64,000 nt of DNA from a phage, in NCBI GenBank assembly GCA_027337125.1, contig GCA_027337125.1_3057.1; one strand, written 5' to 3'. The first letter of the stretch is position 1; each line of letters begins with the position of its first letter. Below, piece after piece: positions 28,917-39,028 of this stretch. Under the pieces are notes generated by a model. The model had not been told where the DNA came from. It saw only the letters and a program-made list of their open reading frames with translations, and did not search any database. The position numbers were made by a program, and so were the translations under genes.

Positions 28917-29752
28917 ATTATGATAGATTTTATCCTTGCGATTTTGTGAATGATAAATTATCTTTAATATTTGAAGAAAATAATGATTTACTATTGTCAT
29001 ATGTTGATTTGATAACAAAAAATTATAATAATCCTAAAATAAAAGGAAAAACGGAAGCACATCACGTGCTTCCCAAATCTATATTTCCTGAATATAAAAC
29101 AGATAAATGGAATATTGTTAATTTGTCATATTATGACCACGCGTTAGCTCATTACTATTTAGCTAAAACAAGTAATAGTAAAATGTGTTATGCCTTTCAT
29201 AGAATGATAAACTCGAATACCGATAGATTTAATACAAATGAATTGGATGAAATTCTTAAATTGTATTCCAGCGAAAAGGAATTATTTCACCGCTCTATGT
29301 CAAAATTATCGAAAAATATATGGAAGGATGACGATTTTAGAAAAAGACATAGAGAACTAACTAAGTTAGCAATGCAAAAACCTGAAGTTAGAAATAAAAC
29401 TTTATTAAATTTGTCAAATGCAATGAAAACTGATGAAGTTAGAAATAAAATTTCCAGGCTAACTAAGTTAGCAATGCAAAAACCTGAAGTAAAAGAAAAA
29501 CATAGAAATTCATTGAAGTTGGCGTATGCAAATCCTGAGGTTATGAAAAGGAAACATCAGCGTCTTCGAGAAAAATATACTCTTAATTTATTTGGCGCAT
29601 ATAAAGATGGTGTTCTTTTAAAAACATTTAATTATATACCAGACGCAGCAAAATATTTTAATATTTCTAGCAAAGGAAATATTTTAAAATGTTTAAATGG
29701 CGAACGTAAAAGTGTTGAAGGCTATAATTGGAAATATATAAATGAATTATGA
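28913..29752 (+). CDS. HNH homing endonuclease (MobC-like) between nrdD and nrdG
   Basis: HNH motif EAHHVLPKS...YDHALAH; tandem NUMOD-like repeats; N-terminus duplicates nrdG start. Confidence 0.75.
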   Translation: MNYDRFYPCDFVNDKLSLIFEENNDLLLSYVDLITKNYNNPKIKGKTEAHHVLPKSIFPEYKTDKWNIVNLSYYDHALAHYYLAKTSNSKMCYAFHRMINSNTDRFNTNELDEILKLYSSEKELFHRSMSKLSKNIWKDDDFRKRHRELTKLAMQKPEVRNKTLLNLSNAMKTDEVRNKISRLTKLAMQKPEVKEKHRNSLKLAYANPEVMKRKHQRLREKYTLNLFGAYKDGVLLKTFNYIPDAAKYFNISSKGNILKCLNGERKSVEGYNWKYINEL

Positions 29753-30212
29753 CAGAATATACCCGTGCTGCTTCGTGAATGGCCCTGGATGCAGGACCGT
29801 TCTTTTCGTTACAGGTTGTTTGCATAAATGTGAAGGGTGTTATAATAAATCAACATGGAATGCTAGAAATGGTATTCCATTCACTGGTGAAACACTAGAA
29901 CAATTGATTGAATGTTTGAATAATGATTATATAGAAGGATTAACTATAACCGGAGGTGACCCTCTTTATCCTGATAACAGAGACGTGATTCACTCTGTGG
30001 TTCAAACTATTAAAAATCTTTATCCCAATAAAAGCATTTGGTTGTGGACAGGATATAAGTTTGAAGATATTAAACAACTAGAAATGCTTAAATATGTTGA
30101 TGTTATTATTGATGGGAAGTATGAGAAAAATCTTCCGACCAAAAAGCTGTGGCGAGGTTCAGATAATCAGCGACTTTGGTCAAATACCGATGGGGTGTGG
30201 AAACATGATTAA
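29742..30212 (+). CDS. nrdG: anaerobic RNR activating enzyme NrdG (radical SAM)
   Basis: 156 aa, cysteine cluster CCFVNGPGCRTVLFVTGCLHKCEGC. Confidence 0.9.
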   Translation: MNYDRIYPCCFVNGPGCRTVLFVTGCLHKCEGCYNKSTWNARNGIPFTGETLEQLIECLNNDYIEGLTITGGDPLYPDNRDVIHSVVQTIKNLYPNKSIWLWTGYKFEDIKQLEMLKYVDVIIDGKYEKNLPTKKLWRGSDNQRLWSNTDGVWKHD

Positions 30213-30326
30213 ATTGAATTATATTATGGACACTATAAATGATATGATTTTTCATTTTGGTCCAGAATTTTATTCGCAATATAGTTTAGTGCTTATCAAT
30301 GCTTGGTTAATCAATTAAGGGTAAAT

Positions 30327-30539
30327 ATGTATAAATTTCGTAAAGGTTTAGCTGATTTTCTTACAACCGTAACGTTCTTTTTGTTTATGGCAGTTGGTGC
30401 TATTTTTCTTATTCCTTTTATTGCTATATTTTTCGTGATTAGTTTGATTTCTCCAGAAAAAGGACTGTCTTCTAGCGAATTCAATGAGCGTCTGGATAAA
30501 ATTACTAACAAGCTGAATGCTGCTCTTAGTAAGGAATAG
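30327..30539 (+). CDS. membrane protein
   Basis: ATG (MYKFRKG) after AAGGG; long hydrophobic helix. Confidence 0.45.
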   Translation: MYKFRKGLADFLTTVTFFLFMAVGAIFLIPFIAIFFVISLISPEKGLSSSEFNERLDKITNKLNAALSKE

Positions 30540-30541
30540 TT

Positions 30542-30850
30542 GTGAAACAAAACAAGATTGAAGTCTATGGAATTCCAGATGAAGTAGGTCGTTGTCCTGG
30601 ATGTCAATCAGTTACAAAACTTCTAAAGGAGCTCAATGCTCCTTTTACTTTCTATAAAGTTCTTACAAATAATGGTAAGATTGAGTATGATCGTCCACTG
30701 ATTGTATCTCTTGCTAAACGAGCTGGATTCACATCTCTTAACATTCGTTATCCAGTCATTTTCATCAATGATTCTAGACAAAAGAACATTAAACACTTCA
30801 AAGAAACTCTCATTTCACTTGGATATGATAGAGATATCATAGAAGACTAA
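30542..30850 (+). CDS. glutaredoxin/NrdH-like redoxin
   Basis: CPGC active site in thioredoxin-fold context; GTG start 6 nt after AAGGAA. Confidence 0.6.
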   Translation: MKQNKIEVYGIPDEVGRCPGCQSVTKLLKELNAPFTFYKVLTNNGKIEYDRPLIVSLAKRAGFTSLNIRYPVIFINDSRQKNIKHFKETLISLGYDRDIIED

Positions 30851-30854
30851 GACG

Positions 30855-30873
30855 GGCCCTCTGGGCCTTTCTT
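30855..30873 (+). terminator. hairpin terminator
   Basis: GGCCC-tct-GGGCC followed by T-rich tract. Confidence 0.45.
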
Positions 30874-30946
30874 TCTCGCATTCTGTATATTACCATTCTA
30901 AGCTATCGTTCCCTTCTTATCATTCCCTAAAAATTTTCACAAAGTT

Positions 30947-30976
30947 GTTTACAAGAAGTTCAAACTGTGGTATTAT
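30947..30976 (+). promoter_or_regulatory. early promoter
   Basis: GTTTAC-17 bp-TATTAT with ATTCCCTAAAAATTTT upstream element. Confidence 0.55.
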
Positions 30977-31006
30977 TGACATATGAATTGCCTTTGAGGA
31001 ATTGAT

Positions 31007-31189
31007 ATGGTTGTGGTTGATAAAGAAATTAAAAAGGGACAATATTATCTTATTAATGGTAATGTTGTTCGTGTTACTTATGTAAACGGTTTTGAAGTTT
31101 ATTATCTTATACTTAAGTTAAATAAACAGATGATTTGTGACCGTGCTGTATTTAGTTCAGTTGCTAAGGAAATTAAACTCCATGGGTAA
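31007..31189 (+). CDS. hypothetical protein
   Basis: 60-aa ORF with GAGGAA SD. Confidence 0.45.
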   Translation: MVVVDKEIKKGQYYLINGNVVRVTYVNGFEVYYLILKLNKQMICDRAVFSSVAKEIKLHG

Positions 31190-31475
31190 AACGTATCGTC
31201 GTAAAGACTTGAAAGTTCGTGATTATGACTATTTCGGAAAGCGTAAAGCTCCTGATGGCGTAAGTCATAAAGATATGGTTGAAAACATTTTTCGCTCAGA
31301 TAAATGGCGTAGAATGAAAGGCATTGATTCAGAAGTTAAAGATGAGCTAAATCGCCAATTACGTGGTGAAGTAAGAAAGTTGAAAAAATCAGTTTACATT
31401 GATGATGATTTTGATTATAATACTTCTCAACGAGTTGCTAAACGTAAATCAAACGAGTGCTATCGTTACAGCTGA
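31182..31475 (+). CDS. hypothetical basic protein
   Basis: ATG overlapping previous gene end; Lys/Arg-rich. Confidence 0.45.
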   Translation: MGKTYRRKDLKVRDYDYFGKRKAPDGVSHKDMVENIFRSDKWRRMKGIDSEVKDELNRQLRGEVRKLKKSVYIDDDFDYNTSQRVAKRKSNECYRYS

Positions 31476-31482
31476 GGAAAAT

Positions 31483-31614
31483 ATGAATATCAAACGCATG
31501 CTTTTTAAACAAGGATTATACACTTTAAATGTTACTCCAAAAGGTGATACAACTAAGTGGTCAGTAAATGACTGGATTAAATTTATTGATGAAAACGGTA
31601 ACTGGAAAATTTAA
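31483..31614 (+). CDS. hypothetical small protein (43 aa)
   Basis: ATG after GAGGAAAAT. Confidence 0.35.
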   Translation: MNIKRMLFKQGLYTLNVTPKGDTTKWSVNDWIKFIDENGNWKI

Positions 31615-31815
31615 ATGAATCCTGAATCTAAATTATCGCAACGAATTGCTGAAGCTCGTCGCCAGTTCTTTGAAAATATGATAGCCCAAGGTATTGATGA
31701 CGAAGTTTTTCTGAACTGGTTTTGGAATCACAAATATTCAAGTTGCTCAGGAGCAATATTAATATCAGCCGCAATGATGTACGAAGGCTGGAAGGGCGCC
31801 AAAAAGTTTAGCTAA
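31615..31815 (+). CDS. hypothetical protein
   Basis: 66-aa ORF, ATG overlaps previous stop. Confidence 0.45.
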   Translation: MNPESKLSQRIAEARRQFFENMIAQGIDDEVFLNWFWNHKYSSCSGAILISAAMMYEGWKGAKKFS

Positions 31816-31832
31816 GGGCTTCGGCCCTTTTT
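31815..31832 (+). terminator. rho-independent terminator
   Basis: AGGGC-TTCG-GCCCT hairpin plus TTTT. Confidence 0.55.
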
Positions 31833-31867
31833 GGATAATAAAATTTTAACGTAATTGGGAATAATGT

Positions 31868-32194
31868 ATGACTATTCAAATTAAAAACGCCATTAATTCT
31901 TATGCATATGATAAAGTAGTTTCTTTGCTAGAAAAAGGCGATATTGTAACTCCTCAAATTTTGGATAACTGGGAAAAAGAGCTTCATCAGACGATGAAAC
32001 AGAATGATCAGAAGATTGGACGCAATACTGTCCGTGAATTGCTGGTTCAATATATCTTGTCAGAATTTGATGTTAAAGCCTTTGGTGTAGAATCGAAAGC
32101 TTATCAAAAGCACGAAATTTCCGATAAAACTATTCGTCGCATGAAAAATCAACGCAAGAAAAAATTTGCAGACCTGAAAATTACTAAGGCATAA
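31868..32194 (+). CDS. hypothetical protein
   Basis: 108-aa ORF. Confidence 0.5.
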   Translation: MTIQIKNAINSYAYDKVVSLLEKGDIVTPQILDNWEKELHQTMKQNDQKIGRNTVRELLVQYILSEFDVKAFGVESKAYQKHEISDKTIRRMKNQRKKKFADLKITKA

Positions 32195-32196
32195 TT

Positions 32197-32412
32197 ATGA
32201 ACGAAGCTCTTATTAACGATTTACGCCTTGCTGGATATGAAGTAAATACAAATGGCATTGGTTTAACTCAAATTGAAGGAAATGGATTCATCCTTGAGTA
32301 TGAATTCAATCAATGGTGGTTATATGCCAATTACGGCGAATTGATTGAATATGTTGACCAATTTGATTCACTGGATGCAGCTCTTGGAGCAGCTAAGTTG
32401 ATGAATGTATGA
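32197..32412 (+). CDS. hypothetical protein
   Basis: 71-aa ORF. Confidence 0.5.
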   Translation: MNEALINDLRLAGYEVNTNGIGLTQIEGNGFILEYEFNQWWLYANYGELIEYVDQFDSLDAALGAAKLMNV

Positions 32413-32678
32413 AATTTATTAATATTTCTATTACTATTGAAAATTATGGAATTTTCTATGTTGACCAATACATGAAAATTTCATTTTTTCCAAATAAGAC
32501 TGGTGTTGGATATTGGGAAAGTCATGTTTCTGAATTAAATGAAAGTGAATATGTTAGCACCCATGAAAAGTTTTTAAACTTTTTATATCATGCTGATTTA
32601 ACTAGTCATTATATAGATATTCATGAATTTAAAAAGATGATGGAGAAAGTGTTCCAAGCATACTGTTTACTTAGATAA
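32409..32678 (+). CDS. hypothetical protein
   Basis: 89-aa ORF, ATGA overlap. Confidence 0.5.
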   Translation: MKFINISITIENYGIFYVDQYMKISFFPNKTGVGYWESHVSELNESEYVSTHEKFLNFLYHADLTSHYIDIHEFKKMMEKVFQAYCLLR

Positions 32679-32756
32679 CTGATATCCTCTATGCTTTAAG
32701 ATAGATCTTCAAATATTATGATATAATAGATCTATGAATTGAGCTAAGAGGTGAAA

Positions 32757-33314
32757 ATGTCAGAAACTAAGCCTAAATATAATTACGTAAACAATAAAGA
32801 GCTTTTACAAGCTATTATTGATTGGAAAACAGAATTAGCAAATAATAAAGACCCAAATAAAGTAGTTCGTCAGAATGATACTATCGGATTAGCCATTATG
32901 CTTATTGCAGAAGGCTTATCTAAACGTTTCAACTTTTCAGGATACACCCAGTCTTGGAAACAAGAAATGATTGCAGATGGTATAGAAGCTTCTATTAAGG
33001 GGCTTCATAATTTTGATGAAACGAAATATAAAAACCCACATGCATATATAACTCAAGCTTGTTTTAATGCATTCGTCCAACGTATTAAAAAAGAGCGTAA
33101 GGAAGTTGCAAAGAAATATAGTTACTTCGTTCACAATGTCTATGACAGTCGTGACGACGATATGGTTGCGTTAGTAGATGAAACTTTTATTCAAGATATC
33201 TACGATAAAATGACGCATTACGAAGAATCAACCTATAGAACACCGGGGGCTGAAAAGAAAAGTGTTGTAGACGATTCTCCTAGTTTGGATTTTTTATATG
33301 AGGCTAACGATTAA
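32757..33314 (+). CDS. 55: late sigma factor gp55
   Basis: 185 aa from [11 protein letters not shown], matches recalled T4 gp55; SD AAGAGGTG. Confidence 0.9.
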
Positions 33315-33516
33315 CCTCTCCGGATTCTTGGAAGAAATACCTGAAGTTGAAGCTATTCCCTATTTACTTAAAATGTATCTCAGGGAAGTTTTAGCTCTTG
33401 ACATTGATATTGACCCAGAAAATCCGTATGATACCGCTTTTAAATCTAATGGTGTAGAATTAAACTATCGGTATCATTTAACAGATGATGATTTTTATTT
33501 TATATTAGAGAAATAA
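33298..33516 (+). CDS. hypothetical protein
   Basis: 72-aa ORF overlapping end of gene 55; weak SD. Confidence 0.35.
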
Positions 33517-33517
33517 T

Positions 33518-33835
33518 ATGACTGATAAACCCGAAATTAATGATGAAGTGGAAAAGCTTATTTCTTCTATTGAAGAAAAGAACCGTCTTGAAGCAGAAAG
33601 AAAAGCAAACAAGTTATTGTCTAAAAACAAACGCGAACTGAACCGTCTTTACAAGCACGCTCAGATTGCAGCTGAAAATAATAATTTTGCTCAGTACGAA
33701 TATGCTATCAAGAAAAGTCGGGATATTCTTAAACAGCCATATAACGATGAACTCATTAGTATTCTTTGGAAGACTACTAGATCACAGATTGAGGATATGA
33801 TTGATGCTTACACACGTAAAATTCAAGCGTCTTAA
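33518..33835 (+). CDS. hypothetical protein
   Basis: 105-aa ORF. Confidence 0.5.
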   Translation: MTDKPEINDEVEKLISSIEEKNRLEAERKANKLLSKNKRELNRLYKHAQIAAENNNFAQYEYAIKKSRDILKQPYNDELISILWKTTRSQIEDMIDAYTRKIQAS

Positions 33836-34007
33836 AATTAATGCAGGATTTACCGAATCTTTGAATGGTCATCTTTGTGTGAAAATTTCTGAAAAAGAAT
33901 ACCATGACAGTTCAATTAAAGAAGTTAATCCTCCTATTGTAAGAGCAGACCCTAATATGAAAGTGTGGGTTGATTCTTATCAAGTCAAAAAATGGTGGCA
34001 ACTGTGA
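33804..34007 (+). CDS. hypothetical protein
   Basis: ATG 8 nt after GAGGA, overlapping upstream gene. Confidence 0.4.
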   Translation: MLTHVKFKRLKINAGFTESLNGHLCVKISEKEYHDSSIKEVNPPIVRADPNMKVWVDSYQVKKWWQL

Positions 34008-34010
34008 AAG

Positions 34011-34184
34011 ATGAACGCCCAGACTTGTGAAATAGATTATAATAAAATTCGTTCCTCTAAAGTAGAAATGATGAGACTCTTTAAAGAGTCTCATGATAAA
34101 GCTAAAGCAGAAGGAACTATAAAATATAAGCGTATAAAATTTAGAAGTTCTAATGAGCCTCTGTATGGTGTATTATGCGGATAG
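34011..34184 (+). CDS. hypothetical small protein (57 aa)
   Basis: Coding-like ORF filling gap, followed by terminator hairpin. Confidence 0.35.
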   Translation: MNAQTCEIDYNKIRSSKVEMMRLFKESHDKAKAEGTIKYKRIKFRSSNEPLYGVLCG

Positions 34185-34200
34185 GAGCTTCGGCTCCTAT
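34181..34200 (+). terminator. UUCG hairpin
   Basis: ATAGGAGC-TTCG-GCTCCTAT. Confidence 0.45.
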
Positions 34201-34250
34201 ATTGCTTTATAAATTTTTGGTAAAATAAACCAAAACAATGAGGATATTAA

Positions 34251-35453
34251 ATGAAAGTATGTATTTTTATGGCTCGGGGTCTTGAAGGTTGCGGTGTAAC
34301 TAAATTTTCTCTCGAGCAACGTGATTGGTTTATTAAAAATGGTCATGAAGTAACTTTGGTTTATGCTAAAGATAAATCATTTACTCGTAACTGTGCGCAT
34401 GATTATAAATCATTTTCAATTCCGGTTTTATTGGCAAAAGAATACGATAAAACACTTAAGCTGGTAAATGATTGTGATATTCTAATTATCAATTCAGTTC
34501 CTGCTACTTCAGTCGAAGAAGACACTATTAATAACTATAAAAAAATTATTGATAACATTAAACCTTCTGTTCGTGTTGTAGTTTATCAACATGACCATTC
34601 TTCTCTTTCTTTACGCCGAAATTTGGGATTAGAAGAAACTGTTCGTCGAGCTGATGTTATTTTTAGTCATTCTGATAATGGTGACTTTAATAAAGTTTTG
34701 ATGAAAGAATGGTATCCAGAAACAGTTTCTTTGTTTGATGATATTGAAGAAGCACCGACCGTATATAACTTTCAGCCTCCTATGGATATTGCGAAGGTTC
34801 GATCAACTTACTGGAAAGATGTTTCTGAAATTAACATGAATATCAACCGTTGGATTGGTCGTACAACTACGTGGAAAGGTTTTTATCAGATGTTTGATTT
34901 TCACGAAAAACATCTTAAACCTGCAGGACTAAGTACTATTATGGAAGGTCTGGAACGTTCTCCGGCATTCATTCCTATTAAAGAAAAAGGAATTCCATAC
35001 GAGTATTATCGTCTTCATCAAGTAGACCAAATTAAAATTGCTCCTAATTTGCCAACGCAAATTCTTGACCGTTATGTAAATAGCGAAATGCTTGAACGCA
35101 TGAGTAAATCCGGATTTGGTTATCAGCTGAGTAAATTGGACAAAAAATATCTACAACGTTCTTTAGAATATACTCATCTCGAGCTTGGTGCGTGCGGAAC
35201 AATTCCGGTATTTTGGAAATCTACTGGCGAAAATTTAAAATTCCGTGTTGATAATACTCCGTTAATTTCGCATGATAGCGGTATCGTTTGGTTTGATGAA
35301 AATGACATGGAATCAACATTTGAGCGTATTAAAGAACTGTCATCTGACCGAGCTCTTTATGACCGTGAACGTGAAAAAGCTTATGAATTTTTGTATCAGC
35401 ACCAAGATTCAAGCTTCTGCTTTAAAGAACAGTTTGACATTATTACAAAATAA
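34251..35453 (+). CDS. agt: DNA alpha-glucosyltransferase
   Basis: 400 aa, closely matches recalled T4 a-gt (MxxCIFMARGLEGCGVTKFSLEQRDWFIKNGHEV...). Confidence 0.9.
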   Translation: MKVCIFMARGLEGCGVTKFSLEQRDWFIKNGHEVTLVYAKDKSFTRNCAHDYKSFSIPVLLAKEYDKTLKLVNDCDILIINSVPATSVEEDTINNYKKIIDNIKPSVRVVVYQHDHSSLSLRRNLGLEETVRRADVIFSHSDNGDFNKVLMKEWYPETVSLFDDIEEAPTVYNFQPPMDIAKVRSTYWKDVSEINMNINRWIGRTTTWKGFYQMFDFHEKHLKPAGLSTIMEGLERSPAFIPIKEKGIPYEYYRLHQVDQIKIAPNLPTQILDRYVNSEMLERMSKSGFGYQLSKLDKKYLQRSLEYTHLELGACGTIPVFWKSTGENLKFRVDNTPLISHDSGIVWFDENDMESTFERIKELSSDRALYDREREKAYEFLYQHQDSSFCFKEQFDIITK

Positions 35454-35467
35454 AGGGCTTCGGCCCT
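35454..35467 (+). terminator. UUCG hairpin
   Basis: AGGGC-TTCG-GCCCT after a-gt stop. Confidence 0.4.
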
Positions 35468-35492
35468 TTAGCTTTATACGGAGTTTGATATA

Positions 35493-35633
35493 ATGATATT
35501 TCTTGGATATGTGATACTTTTTCTTGCATTTTATCTATTCACTAGAGCATGTTGGATTGGGTTCTTTAGTACTCCAGATGGATTTATTTCAATAATTTTA
35601 TTTTGCATTTCAATGACGGTTCTTGATATATGA
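35493..35633 (+). CDS. small hydrophobic peptide (46 aa)
   Basis: ATG to stop overlapping gene 47 start (ATATGA); two hydrophobic segments. Confidence 0.4.
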   Translation: MIFLGYVILFLAFYLFTRACWIGFFSTPDGFISIILFCISMTVLDI

Positions 35634-36649
35634 AAATACTAAACTTGGGTGATTGGCATTTAGGCGTTAAAGCTGATGATGAGTGGGTTCAATCCATTCA
35701 GTTGGATGGAATTAAGCAAGCGATAGAATATTCTAAGAAAAATGGAATTACTGTATGGATTCAATACGGCGATATTTTTGATGTGCGAAAAGCAATCACG
35801 CATAAAACTATGGAGTTCGCTCGTGAAATAGTTCAAATGCTTGATGATGCTGGTATTACCCTACATACTATTGTAGGAAACCATGATATGCACTTCAAAA
35901 ATACTTTAACTCCAAATGCCTCTACTGAGCTTTTGGCTAAATATCCTAATGTTAAAGTATATGATAAGCCTACTACCGTAGATTTTGACGGATGTTTGAT
36001 TGATTTGATTCCTTGGATGTGCGAAGAAAATACTGGTGAAATCTTAGATCACATCAAAACTTCATCTGCTTCTTTTTGTGTCGGTCACTGGGAACTGAAT
36101 GGATTTTATTTTTATAAAGGAATGAAATCTCACGGTCTTGAGCCTGATTTCCTTAAGACTTATAAAGAGGTGTGGTCTGGTCACTTCCATACTATTTCTG
36201 AGGCTGCAAACGTCAAGTATATTGGGACACCATGGACACTAACCGCAGGTGACGAGAATGACCCTCGTGGGTTCTGGATGTTTGATACAGAAACAGAGCG
36301 AATGGAATTTATTCCAAACAATACTACTTGGCATCGTCGAATTCAATATCCATTTAAGGGAAAAATTGACTATAAAGATTTTACAAATCTATCAGTACGT
36401 GTTATAGTAACTGAAGTAGACAAAAATCTGACGAAGTTCGAATCTGAACTAGAAAAAGTTGTGCATTCATTGCGAGTTGTGTCAAAGATTGATAACTCTG
36501 TCGAGTCAGATGATAGTGAAGAAGTTGAAGTTCAATCTCTTCAGACGTTGATGGAAGAATATATTAATGCAATTCCAGACATCACTGATTCTGACCGTGA
36601 AGCACTTATTCAATATGCAAATCAGTTATATGTAGAGGCAACACAATGA
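35630..36649 (+). CDS. 47: recombination nuclease subunit gp47 (Mre11-like)
   Basis: 339 aa; calcineurin-like phosphoesterase motifs GDWHLG, GDIFD, GNHD. Confidence 0.9.
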   Translation: MKILNLGDWHLGVKADDEWVQSIQLDGIKQAIEYSKKNGITVWIQYGDIFDVRKAITHKTMEFAREIVQMLDDAGITLHTIVGNHDMHFKNTLTPNASTELLAKYPNVKVYDKPTTVDFDGCLIDLIPWMCEENTGEILDHIKTSSASFCVGHWELNGFYFYKGMKSHGLEPDFLKTYKEVWSGHFHTISEAANVKYIGTPWTLTAGDENDPRGFWMFDTETERMEFIPNNTTWHRRIQYPFKGKIDYKDFTNLSVRVIVTEVDKNLTKFESELEKVVHSLRVVSKIDNSVESDDSEEVEVQSLQTLMEEYINAIPDITDSDREALIQYANQLYVEATQ

Positions 36650-36909
36650 CTTTTGATGAATTTAAAAATGTTATGATGAGTCAGCATTTTGAATGCGAAG
36701 TAAAAGATGATATTGGTCATAAAGATATTATTGAATACTGGTTTGAACCACTAGAGGTTGAAGATAATTGTATTAAAAAGGTTACAGTCTGCACTGACTG
36801 GGCTGTATCTTTTAACTTCAACATTTTAGATAATGACACACCTAAATCATTACGAGATATGGCTGTATCTTGTATTAAGGATGCATACTGTGAAGTTTTC
36901 GACATTTGA
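36646..36909 (+). CDS. hypothetical protein
   Basis: 87-aa ORF, ATGA overlap with gene 47. Confidence 0.5.
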   Translation: MTFDEFKNVMMSQHFECEVKDDIGHKDIIEYWFEPLEVEDNCIKKVTVCTDWAVSFNFNILDNDTPKSLRDMAVSCIKDAYCEVFDI

Positions 36910-37096
36910 CATTAATGATGAATTCATAGCAAATATTGATTATACTGAAGAAGATTCTAGATATGTTGGAATAATTTATATCACATCAAAAGCAGCACAA
37001 GGTGTTGTTTGCATGGCTGAATTTGATGAATACTTTTTAGATTATGATGATATGATAGAATGGTCTAAAAGATACATTAAAAGGAATCTTTTGTGA
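36833..37096 (+). CDS. hypothetical protein (start uncertain)
   Basis: 87-aa ORF overlapping neighbours; weak SD. Confidence 0.35.
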   Translation: MTHLNHYEIWLYLVLRMHTVKFSTFDINDEFIANIDYTEEDSRYVGIIYITSKAAQGVVCMAEFDEYFLDYDDMIEWSKRYIKRNLL

Positions 37097-38775
37097 AGAA
37101 TTTTAAACTTAACAGAGTAAAATATAAAAATATAATGTCAGTTGGACAAAATCCTATTGACATTCAACTAGATAAGGTTCAAAAAACTCTTATTACTGGA
37201 CGAAATGGCGGTGGTAAGTCTACTATGCTAGAAGCCATCACATTTGGGCTTTTTGGCAAGCCATTTCGCGATGTAAAGAAAGGCCAATTAATAAACAGCA
37301 CAAATAAGAAAGAACTTTTAGTTGAATTGTGGATGGAATATGATGAGAAAAAGTACTATATCAAAAGAGGACAAAAACCAAATGTTTTCGAAATCACCGT
37401 TAACGGTACACGTCTTAATGAATCTGCCAGCAGTAAAGATTTCCAAGCAGAATTTGAACAGCTTATCGGAATGTCATATGCCAGTTTCAAGCAGATTGTT
37501 GTCCTTGGTACAGCAGGGTATACCCCTTTCATGGGTTTGTCGACCCCTGCGCGAAGAAAGCTTGTGGAAGACCTGCTCGAGGTAGGAACATTAGCTGAAA
37601 TGGATAAGCTTAATAAAGCACTAATACGTGAATTAAATTCACAAAACCAAGTGCTTGACGTTAAAAAAGATAGTATTATCCAACAAATTAAAATATATAA
37701 TGATAACGTTGAACGCCAGAAAAAATTAACTGGTGACAACCTTACTCGTCTTCAAAATATGTATGATGATTTGGCAAAAGAAGCTAGAACATTAAAGTCT
37801 GAAATTGAAGAAGCTAATGAAAGATTAGTTAATATTGTTTTGGATGAAGACCCGACTGATGCATTTAATAAAATTGGTCAAGAAGCATTTTTAATTAAAT
37901 CAAAAATTGACTCATATAATAAAGTCATTAATATGTATCACGAAGGTGGATTATGCCCAACCTGTTTGTCACAATTAAGTTCAGGTGATAAAGTTGTTTC
38001 TAAAATTAAAGATAAAGTTTCTGAATGCACACATTCATTTGAACAGCTTTCAACACATCGTGATAATTTAAAAGTTCTTGTTGATGAATACCGAGATAAT
38101 ATTAAAACTCAACAATCATTGGCAAATGATATTCGCAATAAAAAGCAATCTCTAATTACGACAGTAGATAAAGCTAAAAAAGTTAAAGCGGCTATAGAAA
38201 AAGCATCTTCTGAGTTTATTGACCATGCTGATGAAATAGCACTGCTTCAAGAAGAACTTGATAAAATTGTTAAGACAAAAACTAATTTAGTAATGGAAAA
38301 ATACCACCGAGGAATTTTGACTGATATGCTCAAAGATTCTGGTATTAAAGGTGCTATTATTAAAAAGTACATTCCATTATTCAATAAGCAGATTAACCAT
38401 TATCTTAAAATAATGGAAGCGGATTATGTGTTTACATTAGATGAAGAATTTAATGAGACAATTAAATCCCGCGGTCGCGAAGATTTTAGTTATGCTTCAT
38501 TTAGTCAAGGTGAAAAAGCGCGAATTGATATTGCTCTTTTATTTACTTGGCGTGATATTGCTGAAAAAGTTTCAGGTGTTAAAATAAACACACTAATTCT
38601 TGATGAAGTTTTTGATTCAGCCACCGACGTTGAAGGTGTAAAAGCTATTTCAACTATTTTAGATAGTTTAAAAAATACTAATGTTTTTGTTATTTCACAC
38701 AGAGACCATGACCCACAAGCATATGGTCAGCATCTTCAAATGAAGAAAGTTGGTCGATTTACTGTAATGGCTTAA
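37093..38775 (+). CDS. 46: recombination nuclease subunit gp46 (Rad50/SbcC-like ATPase)
   Basis: 560 aa; Walker A GRNGGGKST, coiled-coil with CPTC zinc hook, Walker B/D-loop LILDEVFD; GTG start after AAGGAA. Confidence 0.9.
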   Translation: MKNFKLNRVKYKNIMSVGQNPIDIQLDKVQKTLITGRNGGGKSTMLEAITFGLFGKPFRDVKKGQLINSTNKKELLVELWMEYDEKKYYIKRGQKPNVFEITVNGTRLNESASSKDFQAEFEQLIGMSYASFKQIVVLGTAGYTPFMGLSTPARRKLVEDLLEVGTLAEMDKLNKALIRELNSQNQVLDVKKDSIIQQIKIYNDNVERQKKLTGDNLTRLQNMYDDLAKEARTLKSEIEEANERLVNIVLDEDPTDAFNKIGQEAFLIKSKIDSYNKVINMYHEGGLCPTCLSQLSSGDKVVSKIKDKVSECTHSFEQLSTHRDNLKVLVDEYRDNIKTQQSLANDIRNKKQSLITTVDKAKKVKAAIEKASSEFIDHADEIALLQEELDKIVKTKTNLVMEKYHRGILTDMLKDSGIKGAIIKKYIPLFNKQINHYLKIMEADYVFTLDEEFNETIKSRGREDFSYASFSQGEKARIDIALLFTWRDIAEKVSGVKINTLILDEVFDSATDVEGVKAISTILDSLKNTNVFVISHRDHDPQAYGQHLQMKKVGRFTVMA

Positions 38776-38830
38776 TTTACAAGAGATTATGCTTTAATTT
38801 ATTAGAGTATAATCTCTATGGAGGAAAAAC

Positions 38831-39019
38831 ATGGAATATTCAACTGGACAGCATTTATTAACTTTTCCTGAAATAAAACGATATATTCTGAGAAATAATT
38901 TTTCTAATGAAGAGCATATAGTTACTGAATCTATGCTTAAGAATGCATTTAAATCAGAATATACAAAAATAATGTCCAACAGAAATGAAGCTTGGACTGT
39001 TACTGATTATTATGACTAA
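38831..39019 (+). CDS. hypothetical protein
   Basis: 62-aa ORF with GGAGGAAAAAC SD. Confidence 0.5.
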   Translation: MEYSTGQHLLTFPEIKRYILRNNFSNEEHIVTESMLKNAFKSEYTKIMSNRNEAWTVTDYYD

Positions 39020-39028
39020 AGGTGTATT

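Noticed and set aside
29360-29500. About 40-bp direct repeat inside the mobC-like HNH gene
   Set aside because: It corresponds to tandem NUMOD-like DNA-binding modules (LTKLAMQKPEV) within one protein, not an independent element.
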